A DNA stretch of 64,000 nt from Phoronis australis (lineage: Eukaryota > Animalia > Phoronida). Every line of letters begins with the position of its first letter. The first letter of the stretch is position 1. The stretch is from NCBI GenBank assembly GCA_002633005.1, contig NMRA01000219.1, positions 243,236 through 307,235 on the forward strand, read 5' to 3'. Made by a program: the position numbers and the translations under genes. This document shows, one piece after another, positions 24,501-36,500 of this stretch. The notes under the pieces are model-generated. The model did not search any database. It was not told the origin of the DNA and saw only the letters and a list, made by a program, of their open reading frames with translations.

Positions 24501-27500
24501 TCTGCTACACTTGTATAAAAAAATCAGAAAATAAAATTTCATTTGTCTGCCATATTGTGTTCTAAATTAGTGAGATTTAACCTTAGTATGTTATGAAGAG
24601 CTTGTCTGCCATGGAAGTGTTGTCGTATTGGGCCAGTCACTAGACTGCAAGAGTAAATAATTCTTGTTAGAATTCGTGAATAAATCAACTACCAGGTATT
24701 TAATTTTTACACAGGCACGAACAGTGCAATGGTTATGTTCACTGCTAGATTCATTCAGATTGTACACACAATAAATGTAGCAAGAATGAATGAGAAATTG
24801 TAGTTGTAGTTTATAAATTGAAAATTAATTTCTTTTCTTGTACTGTACTTACAAGCTTCTACAGCATTCTTACTGAGCAATAATTTTGTGCGTTGTTTGT
24901 GGCGTAATCTTTCCATTTGCTGAGCATGTCGCTATCAGTTTTACCTCAACTGAATAAAAGCAAGTCAACTTAAGAGATTTGAGTTTGAAAACGAATGTTG
25001 TAGTCCAAATTTCAGTTGAATTTGACTATTTTTGCAGGTGTTCAATGACAGTATTCATGGTCATATTGAGCTGCACCCATTGTGTGTGAAGATTATTGAC
25101 ACGCCACAGTTCCAGAGATTACGGTATCTCCGCCAGCTGGGAGGTGCTTATTTTGTCTTCCCTGGTGCTTCACACAACAGATTTGAACATTCTCTTGGGT
25201 GAGTCAAACTAACCTTGTCTTTCCCCTCCTCACGTACATACGCGCATGCTAAAGTGAGGGCATTATTCTGTTATCTTCATCTGCCCATCTGCCCATCTGC
25301 CTGTCCAGTATTTGGCTGTATCTCAAAATCCACCTCATGAAATTATGAAACTATGGTACAGAAGTTGAACATGGTCAAGCGTTACGTTGGTGCTACGTTT
25401 CTTTGATGGAAAAAATGAGAAAATAAAATTTCACTTTTCCACCATGTCTTCTGTCCTAAATTGGTGACGTTTTACTGGACTGTGTGTTCTTGTGACTGGG
25501 TGCTCTTGTGACTGTGTGCTCTTGAGACTGTGTGCTCTTGAGACTATGTGCTCTTGTGACTGTGTGCTCTTGTGTCTGTGTGCTCTTGCGACTGTGTGCT
25601 TTTGTGACTGTGTGCTTTTGTGACTGTGTGCTCTTGTGACTGTGTGCTCTTGTCTGTGTGCTCTTGTCTGTGTACTCTTGTGACTGTGTGCTCTTGTCTG
25701 TGTGCTCTTCTGACTGTGTGCTCTTCTGACTGTGTGCTCTTCTGACTGTGTGCTCTTCTGACTATGTGCTCTTCTGTCTGTTTTCTTTGTGTCTGTCTCA
25801 ATATTTACCAAGTTCTTGGATGGATCTGTACAGAATTTGGAATAACTGTGAAATTGATTTATGGTTGAATGCAACTACTCTGGAAATATTTGGAAAAATG
25901 AAGACTCCTTATATCTGTGTTGTTTGCAGTGCCCGCAGTGGGTGTTTGTCAATACTCTGCATTACTCTTGTTTATTTGTGTGAGTACACCAGGCAATTTA
26001 ATCTTGATTCTGCAAAAAGAGGATGCTTTTTGGATCATGTCTGCCTTTGCTAGAAACTGGCTTTAGTGGTAAATTTACAAAGTGCCATGCATGTTCTACT
26101 TATTGTCTACACCCGAAGTGTCCATATTTTCACTTGATATGTGCCCATGCTTTTCCTACTCTGCGTGCAGAATTTACATGACTGAGACTTCCGTAAAAGT
26201 GCCTGTGTGAATACTCAAAAACCTCAAAATTATAGTTACCAAATGGTATGCGACTTCTATACCTTTGATAAGCAATCAGTCAGTTTCAACAAAACTGCCT
26301 TATTTGTGTTTTGTTTGTTTAATTGTTGCATGTGATCTACTGTCCTACATCAGTGTAGCTTCCAGGGCATTAAACCTGATCAACTGTTTGGGGTGACCAC
26401 CTACTAAGTGTGCTCAGATTAACATTCACTCACTGATTTTTACCTTCGTCAGTTTTTGTGCCCTTGAGAGTAACACAGAATGTGTATTGTGGTTCACAAC
26501 AAAATGTCAAGCTCTTTATGTCGCAGTGTATTGTGCAGCTGCCGGCGCTGTTGAAGCTGCTATTAATTCCTAGCTTTGAAAAAATGCACAATGTTGTGAA
26601 ATTAGATTGCAATTAAATCCATTGAAATCTCACCAATTTTGGGCAAAAGTAATTGCCAAAATTAACCTTTTTTATTTTTCAAAGGCTTATTACTATTATT
26701 GGGAATATTCAAATTTCTCAAAACATTGCCTTGGAGGTAGGTATGGTATTGAACTTTAAAATGAAAAAAATGTTTGGTGGCTTTCCTTTTGGGAAAAAAT
26801 GGAAAATCACTTGTCTACCATATTGTTTCTCAAATAGGTAAGATTTTACTGTACATTCATTCAGCGAGTATTTCTTTTGATAGCTGTGTCAAACTTTCAG
26901 TGTTTGCCATCTGGCTGGTCGACTTGTCACTGCTCTACGCGATAGACAGCCCGAGTTGAACATCACGGACCAGGACATACTGTGTGTTCAGATTGCAGGC
27001 TTGTGCCACGACCTAGGCCATGGACCATTTTCACATATGTTTGATGGCAACTTTATACCGATGGCTGAGCCCAAGTCAACTTGGAAAGTAAGTGTGTTTG
27101 ATTTTTATATTTATACCTCGTCAGTGGACAACAAACAACATTTTTGTAAATTTATTAGCTGTATGTTTTATTACGAAACTAATAGATGGCACTGCTGCAG
27201 ATGTTGGAAAAATAAATTGCTTTCAACTGAGTCTTGATCTAAACATCAAGTTGCAGTAAATCACAGTAACAATACTGGTCCATTTTTGTACGTTATTGCA
27301 GAGATACTTGATTGCATTTCTCGTGACTCTTTACTTGTCCTTGTAGACCAAGTCCTGGAGGCGCGACTGGTTGAAGATCTGTTTCCTTTTTCGTATCATA
27401 AATGAGCAAAAGAACTTTGTGACCCTCAAAAATGAGCATGTAGTTACCTGTTGTTAAAGTGTGTTTTGAGTTGGGCATATCATCATAATACATTGACCTT

Positions 27501-30500
27501 AAATATTGAACTCAATGGTCTCTCTTTTTCGTAATGAGATGCTGACAAATGTTGTATGTGCTTCGTTTCGTTTTCCATCATTTTAGCACGAAGACGCATC
27601 AGTCAAAATGTTTGACTATCTTGTGGATGATAATGGTCTGGTCTGTGAATTTGAAAAGTATGATCTCAAGGAAAATGACCTTGTTTTTATCAAAGAACAA
27701 GTTGCTGGACCGCTAAATAAGAATATGTCTCAAAATGTAAGTTTATCTTGAATGATACAGACTAATCATGCTCTTAGCTAAATTTCACTAAGCTTGATTA
27801 AGCTTACGGTAAAAATTCTTCAGTTTGGGACACAATAATGCGGACATGTGTAATTTCATTATGTCAAATTTCTCAACAAAAATAACTTTTCAGAAAAAAT
27901 TACTTTGCTTTTAGCATGGTTTGTACAGTGTAGCTATTACGAACGTAACAACATTTGGTAATATTATGAGCATTTGCAGCTGTGTGGTGAGCCTTGGAAA
28001 AATAGAAACATGGCAATTTAGCAATTCGTTTTTGTCCCAATTTTAGGGTTGGCTAATCCTAATAATTTCTGAAGTATTTCCTTGAGTCACAGATGGATTG
28101 GATGTTTTTATTGGTAACTGAAATGGAATTCTGTCCTGGTAAGAAATATTTCGAAACCGAATTTACGAGAGAAAAAGACCCAAATCGATTTTCATTTTTA
28201 GGCAATTAAACAGGACGAAGGTTGGCTTTAATTGGTATCTGTGATTTTGTTCTTGTATGTAAGCTCTTCTTCTCTGTAACAGCAGCCTCACCCTTGGTGA
28301 GATGCATGCTCCTTCGAAAGCATGCTTTAAAAGTAGTCCATATTAACACACAGTATCTGATTTTTTTCCAGTGCTGGGAGTACCGAGGAAGAGGGCCTGA
28401 AAAAAGCTTCTTGTACGAGGTAAGTAGTGACAGCCTTACAGTTATGTATTAGTGATTGTATATAATAAACCAAAGATTTATTTCACCTTGTTTTGCTGGC
28501 TGAAAATGAAAAATGGATTACCGTATTCGCCCTAATAAGCGCCCATGCCTCTGTAAGCACCCCCCACGCATTTTCAGACTGCTAAAATAAGCGCCCAGCC
28601 CATGAATGTGTGTATGCAGAAAATGCCTTACCTACAGTTCTAAAATTCTACAGTAACATCTTCAATTTATCAAAAAGATCAGACAGTCCTGAAAAAATTA
28701 TTGTGCGCAGAATTTCTAGAGCACGGGCCTCACCGCTTTGTCTGTATTTAGCCATGACTAGACACTTCAAACCTACACTGTGCTTCAAAAAGAACACAAA
28801 AGCTTTGCTGATCTAGCAGAAAACGTGTCCCATTATGGTCTGGCCTTTCAGACCAGATGCAGAGTACCTGTCAACGGGATTGTATTTTATCTTTCCCGAA
28901 CAGATCTTCTTTCTCAATAGGAATCCAAATTCCTTTGTACACGTGAAAAATCGTGAATCGAAGACAAATAAACAAACTTGACCACCAAGTGTTAAAAGCA
29001 CATGGTCAGAAAGCGCGCGCTACATACGTGTACCTGTCATCACAGACATTAGTCTTCGGGAAGTATCTATTCATGATACGGGTAGCATAGCTTCGGCAAG
29101 AAATAAATATTGGCACTAATTTCTGAAAGTTTCTAATACCGTACAAAACTTGTGTGTTATTTTTAAGAGGAATTATTTAATTAATCATAATTGGTGTTTT
29201 TAAAGTCAAATATCTGATGTCACAATTTATTATCCAGTTTGTAACACACCTGACAATGTTCTGTCTTGTACAAGTTATACTTTGGGCCTATGGCCATATG
29301 TATATATTTCAATAAATGGCTACTAAAGTCTAAAATGACCCACTGATAGCAAACACTTCTGCACCCTTACACCCGAATCTCCTGAAAAATAACTGTTAGA
29401 CTGTCACGCATCCAGTCACCCGGCGACTCAGTGACATTTAATTTCATCCTTACCGAGACAGATCTCAAATGTTTTTACCAGATGAGACCAGCAAGACTTG
29501 CTTACTGCTTATGTTAATTTCATTACATTGTGTTTACTCTGACAAATGATTTCTGATGACACGCATGCGCTCACTCACTCACACACAACACACGCAGACG
29601 AACTTCAAAACAAATGTCACGTGACAACAACATGTGTGTTCGTTCATAAATTTTTCTCATGTAGCGGGGTACTATTTAGCACAGATTTGGACTTAATCTG
29701 CGGTTAATCTCGACTCCACAGGAACTTAAAAATCTCAGGGACGCTATTTGGAAAACTTAAGGAGGATTTCAGGTAATTTGTTGAGTCGAAACTGTATTTT
29801 TATTCAAGAATTCAAGTTGCCCTATCGACGATTGTGAGGCAGCGACGCATCAGCCGGCGAGGTTTTCAGTGAAAAATGATCATAATTAAACTACGAAGTT
29901 TAATAGCAATGCAGCACAATTTTGTAGAAAGTCTGTCATAGATTACAGATACATTACAGAGGGTAAATTTGATGAATTCTAGCTTCCGATTTCACCTGTT
30001 TCGGAGACCAGATTCCAACTGCTTTAGGCTGCAATAAGCGCTCCCCCAGAAATGAATTTTTGTAAGCGACCTGGGTGCTTATTCTGGTGAACACAGTAGG
30101 TCTTTTACTCTCCTAATTTTAGTCTCACAACTGTCTTTACTGTGATAGGGTTCTCTATCAGTTTCTAATAAGAAAATCAAAATTGTCAGTGACTCAAGAA
30201 AACGCTTTAGACTTCATTGGTGTTGGCCAACCCTCAAATTGCAGATTTCAAAATGGCACTTGTTAAGTACTAGGTAACAGAAATGGAATCCTATCGCAAT
30301 AAAATATCAGACCAATCTAATTCGGTTTACATTTTTTAGCCAGTTAAACATGGCGAAATGAAGCTTTAAGTGAAAGCTTGTGAACAACTGGTTCTCGCTT
30401 TCAGGTGTGTTCAGGTCGTCCTTAAAGTATTTTTGTTTGTCGTCGCCTTACCCTCGATGTTTTATTTTCCACTTTTCATTATCTGGGTAAGCTCATTTCT

Positions 30501-33500
30501 GTTATATATCAAATTAATATGTGGAAAATTAAATGAAAATTTTTGTATTGCTTCACTGTGTCACTGTAAAGGCAAACAATCAAGCGTTGTTGCACAATAC
30601 TGTCCGATAAGCATTTCAACATTTTTGTACACTTTCGAAGTAGAGGGCAATTGAAAAAAGCATACATTTTGTTCACTCTTAAAAATGGCAATACTTGTGA
30701 AGAGTCCCTAAGGAACAATTTGGAAAATAGTCTAAAATCAAAGAATTTTTTGACAGAAAGATGCCACTAGCTGCTTTGAGGCTTAGATTAGATGGTTGTT
30801 CACACTTCAAAGTGTTTATCATCTTGTAAAAATGTCTGTTTTCTTTGTACGAGGTGGTGGCTAACAAGAGAAATGGTATTGATGTGGACAAGTGGGACTA
30901 CTTTGCACGTGATTGCCACCATTTGGGAATTAAGAGCAGCGTTGACCACTACCGCTTCATTAGATATGCGCGAGTGATCAAGGTCGAAGGTCAACTGCAG
31001 ATATGCACTCGTGATAAGGTTGGCTTGCCATTGTTATTATTGCAAACCTCAATAATTATAATTTGAAAGTGATTGAATTGGTGGAAACTCTATTAATGTT
31101 GACTGGTATGGGTGCTACACTTGTTTGAAAAGATTCAGGTGTTGCTAGCTTTTGCCATAGGGTCATGATCATTGATAGCGTTTTTTGTCTTAATGGGATC
31201 AATCTGCTCTAAACTCGTGAACAAGTCCAGATTACTAGTCTTCATTTAATATTTTAATGTGCATATAGTAAGTGAATTTATCACTTGTTAATACCGTCTA
31301 GTCGTTAGATATGCAATCAAAACATGACATGTCATAGACAAGAGAGGGACACATTTTACCTATCAAAATTTTTTGTTCCTCGGTCTTTCCGTAGGAGGCA
31401 CAGAATGTCTATGACATGTTTTGGACACGTCATTGTCTGCATCGCAGAGCCTATCAGCACCACGTATCTAAGGTTATTGAAATAATGTGAGTATTAGGAG
31501 AGATGTGATGTTTTCTACAACTAGAGGTTAGAGACCATATGCAGACCAGTCTTCGCTCGTCTGCTCATTTCTTAGGCAAAAAGAAAATTTCTACCTTCAG
31601 CTTTTGGGGTAAGCCAGTAATGTATTGATACACATTTGCTGTCAACAGTGTCTCAAAACTTTTGTATTTACCTCAGTGCTGAAGCTTAATCACATTTTCA
31701 CAAAGAGCAAGTGAGTTTGCTTTTGCTGCTTTGCACATCTTCCTTTCTTGCTTTTCTCCTAAGTGTGGATTGGCAAGTGTGTAACTTTTCTACCGGTCAG
31801 TCTCATGAAGTGTTTGTTTACAATTTAACAGAAAAGGTTGGTGTTTCTACATTGATGATCTGAGATTTGAGACTTGCCAAATTTCTTACACATATTGAAT
31901 CTTCATCTCATGTCATCCTGTGGCAGGAGCTGCTGTGGAGAGCCTCTGCTGGGAAGCAGTGTGACTCAACAGACTGCCTCACCAAACTGTATTTGATAAA
32001 TACGTAAACAGAGTAAGTACTCTCTGGGTACACTTAGCAAGATGCAAACACTTACAACTTGTCATGCAGTGAAGCCTTTTTCGTTGTTTAGAGATTAGTG
32101 ACTAGTGTGCTTCAGGTCTGCCTGTGCTCTCATCCTCAGTTGATGTTAGCTTTTGACCTCTGTGGGAAATTGTGTGACTTGGCATCTTGCTGGTTTGAAT
32201 AGTTGCTGATGTGGCAATTGGTGGAGTTTGGTTTTCATATAGCTCAGATGAGAATTCGGGAAAATAGCTTAACCTGTTGTCAATGTTGAGTCCATGCAGT
32301 CACCAAATATCGTGCATATTTCCCACAGTGGTTAATGTAACTGTGTTTTGTTNCAGCTTGGCTTTAAAGTGGCCATGTGGCATGAATTATGTAAATATTC
32401 CAATGAGTCTGGCCAAAACACATATCAAGTTCAGCTTTTGACCTTTGAGGTCAAAGTTCACTTTATGTGTCTGTATGAAAACCGCAAAGGTAACCATGCT
32501 CGTTGCGAATATTCACATAATCCTGACCAGATGGCACCTTTAAAAAAACAGTTAATGTTGTGGCTTTTAATCTGTAGGAGGCAGGTAATGTCTATGACCT
32601 GTTCTATACTCGTCACGCCTTGCACAGAAAGGTGTATCAACATAATATCAAACTTGTGATCGAATACATGTGAGTATTTCTGACTCCTTGTTTGTCCCCA
32701 TGGTGGTGTTGGTTTCAACGTAAATATTTGTCCTGCACAAGTTAGTTTAGAGGCACTCACTCCTTGCTATGCTATTTCGTGTCCATCGTTTGAGCACCGA
32801 ATGATCTTTTTTCTTGCATTGTGTAAAGTAATTAACTCTAAAACAACAGGAGATGATTAAGAAACTGTTGTACAGTAATGCTTTCAAACTGTAGGAAATT
32901 TCATAGTGTTACATCTCTGATGAATGACTGCTCATTAAAATTGGGCATTGTTTGATGCGTATTTTTTCCAAGGTCACATGCAGAGTTCCATTATTAAATA
33001 AAAATCCTTCATTATCTACATAATGTTGCAAGTCAACAGTGTCAGTCATGCTGTCTTTTACATTTTCATGCGCCCACATATTTATATGTGTGCTCATGCC
33101 GTCATCTCCGTGCGTACGTCTGGTGTCCACCCAGTGTCCAGCGTCCATTGCTGTATCTCCAAAACCCCTGGATGCATGTTCAAAGCCGGAACTCGATCGC
33201 TGGACCTTCTGCTAACCATAGCGCGCTGACCAGACTTAAAAATATTTGCGATATACATTTCCACGTTGGTTTAAAAATTACATGTTTATATAATCCAAGT
33301 TTTATTTTCTACAAAATAGTTTCTTTGTTTTATGCCATAGCTTGCCATGAAATGGGAAACTCTTGTGGATGCATGTTTCAATTTAATGATCGATCACACT
33401 ATGTCCTAATTGAAGAGATCAGAAGTTATTCCATTTTGTTGCAGGATTTCAGAAGCCTTTGTGAAAGCCAATGACCACTTCATGGTTTCTGGAAAAAATG

Positions 33501-36500
33501 GGTAACTCTATCTCATCATCACATACATTTGAAGCTTTTAGTATTTGCTATCTATCTGTAGTGTTCATTTATGACTGTTGAAAAACTTGAACAATTACCA
33601 AAACTCTCTTTATAACCATGGTTCTATACTTGTCTGTCTACTTTCAACACGATTCCCAATCGTGGAAAACTGGAACATTGCAAAAATGGTTTTTATGTAT
33701 GTAAAACTAACTCATGGAAAATGGTTAAAATGGTCAGGAATATCTCATAAGATAAAAAAGTTGTCTGAATTGCATCGAATGAACGCAGGCCACATACTGA
33801 TAGGCACAAAACACTTGATTTGAAATCCACCATATCCTCTTGTATCACATTCCAGTTGGTTATCTCTCCAGCCACCTTCGTAAGTCTACTACATAAGTGT
33901 AATAAAACCACTGTGCAATAAAACCACTGTGATCACTTGTAAGTGGCTGGAGAAATAACCAACTGGAATGCTCTGACAATGTAAAAAGGCTAGAGGCTGG
34001 TGTAAATAGACCAACACATTTTAGAATTACATACTATTGTAGTGTTCCGGTTATTCAGTCAAACATGGACTTTGAATTTTATGCACTAAAGTGTCCCAGT
34101 TCACCATCATTGTCCTGCCCTTGGTAAATAAGTATCCTGTGCCTGAATACGGTAAAAATTCTACAATTTGGGACAGTGAAAAATAAATTATTTTACTCAA
34201 GGTCAGAGCTTGTCCCAAAATCTAGTATTGCCAAATTCAAGAATCACGGGAAAGATTGCAAAATTACCCACTCAATAGGTTGAAGACATATTATCCGAAA
34301 TTTGAAATTTATGGTGAATGCCGAAATCACCCTTTTATTACATTCCAGAATCAAAAAAAAATTAATTTCCCCGGGGTTTCCGTGTCCCAAATTCTAGAGA
34401 CTGAAACATCTTATTATTTAAAATGACTTATTCTTATTAAAATGACATAGGCAAAAAAATTGAATTTCAGGCCTCAAAAGCGAGGCCCCCTATATTAATA
34501 TAGGAGACCTTGCCGAAAGGGGGTCGAAGAGCGGGGCCCCTATATTAATATAGGAAGCCCCGCCGAAAGGCGGCCGGAGAGCGGGGCCCTCCATATTAAT
34601 ATAGGCAGCCCCGCCGAATGGTGGCCTATGAACGGGGCCCACTATATTAATATAGAGAGGGCCCCGCTCTCCGGCCGCCTTTTGGTGAGGACCCCTATAA
34701 TAATATAGGGGGCCTTGCCGAAAGGCGGCCGGAGAGCGGAGCCCACTATATTAATATAGAGGGCCCCGCTCATCGGCCACCTTTCGGCGGGGCTGCGTAT
34801 ATTAATATAGGGTCCCCACTTTTTGACCCCTTTCGGCGAGGCTCCTATATTAATATAGGGGGCCTCACTTTTGAGGCCTGAAATTCAATTTTTTGCCTAT
34901 GTCATTTTAATAAGAATAAGTCATTTTAAATAATAAGCTGTTCTGACCTAAATTGGAGAATTTTTACCATACTAGGTTGTCAGTCAGTGAAACCTTCCTA
35001 CTTCAACTGTGATTCTGTTCTTTCAAACTAGACCAGTGAAGTTGTCTGAGACAATCTACGACATGACTGCCTTTTGCAAGTTAACAGATCATGTTTTCCA
35101 TCAAATTCTCTTCTCTACGGATTCCAATCTGGAAGAATCTCGTGCAATTCTGCAACGAATTGAAAAGAGAGATTTGTACAAGTGTGTGGGACAGACACAG
35201 CCGGACAACACAACGATTTCTAAGGTAGGGTGTACAGTGTCAGTCAAAAAGGAGGTGCTTGGATCTAGATACTAGAAGTTAACTTTGTTAACATATTCTT
35301 TCTCATAAGACTGACCTAAGAGGAATAGGAGACACCGTTATGCAAAGCTGGATTGTCAGCCAGTGAAGCCAGGATTTGAACCGGGGTCTCCAAGCGGGGG
35401 TCCGGAGCTCTAACCACTGAGTCACACTGTCTCCTCAACATTATCCTTAGGGAAGAGCCTTGTAAGATGCATGAGATTGATATCTGTAGTGTTCTAAATG
35501 CCCACTTTTTCTAAAAGGAAATTTATAGTTGTAGTGTTTTATCAATTTGTCATTAATGTCCCTATGACTAGAGTTTAGATACTTGACTTTAGATACTTGA
35601 AAATCTTGTCAGATGCATTCTTGTTTCTGGTGCTTTATCTTGAATTGTGTATCATTTGCTGACTACCAACCATTACATTGTTTTTACTATTTTAACTGGG
35701 ATAATTCGTTTAGTTGTCCAATATTGGCCTAAACTGAAATTACAAACTTTCTTGACAATATTGGACTTTATTTGAGTGTAACATGTAAAATATTGTGTGT
35801 TTGTACACTGCAGTGTTTACAATATGTTCAGGTATTAACAAATAACAAGTTCTTAAAAGAACAATGTTCTACACACACGCACGCACACACACAATGCTAT
35901 ATACTATATACAGGGTTGATATGTTTTGTTTAACTCAAAACATTGTCAGTGGCAAAGCGCACATCTCAAGGTGAACACTGCAGAATGTCCAAGTGCTAAT
36001 TAAAAAGGACAGACACAAAATGAAAAGTGGGCGGGAAACAGAAAATTGGCACGTGTCTGTCATTGTAGCTTTCAATCATTCTGCAGTGTTCACCATTTAG
36101 GGGTGTGGCTTCCCACTGATAACGTTTTGAGTTAAGAAATTAAACGTCTGGACTCTGTATATAGTGTTGTTAATATGTTGTTAGAGCACTTAATGTTTTT
36201 CTTGTATTAATTGGGCTCAAAACCATTCATTACTTATTGTTTTCAGGATCAAATAACTGAAATAGTTGATGAAATTGCGACCATCATTGACCAGAAGGAC
36301 ATTTTAAAAGAGTTTCAGGATTGGATTGACAGTGAGAAGGCGTTACCATTGCACAAAGATGACTTTGTTGTCATTGTAAGTACAAACTACATGTAAGTCG
36401 CGGTCATCAGGGTATAGTCGTGTCTACTGAGAATATACTTGGTCTCTCATGGGAATGTTTACTTGCACATTTTTGTGTCTACTGTACCTAATTTATTGGC

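Noticed and set aside
25431-25874. 147-aa and 85-aa repetitive ORFs on the minus strand
   Set aside because: Translations of a minisatellite within SAMHD1 intron 4.
31927-32012. Possible third alternative exon 9 (GGCAG|GAG ... GA|GTAAGT)
   Set aside because: 86 nt, in-frame stop and no similarity to exons 9a/9b.
31706-32768. Possible docking/selector pairing around exon 9b (AGCAAGTGAGT at ~31706 with ACTCAC-TCC-TTGCT at ~32755)
   Set aside because: Only about 11 bp with a bulge; indistinguishable from chance without conservation data.
34490-34860. Regularly spaced palindromic repeats resembling a CRISPR array
   Set aside because: Spacers are copies of each other, the array is enclosed in TIRs inside a eukaryotic intron, and no cas genes are present.
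35365-35434. tRNA gene
   Set aside because: A and B boxes are present but the acceptor and anticodon arms do not form; more consistent with a SINE head.
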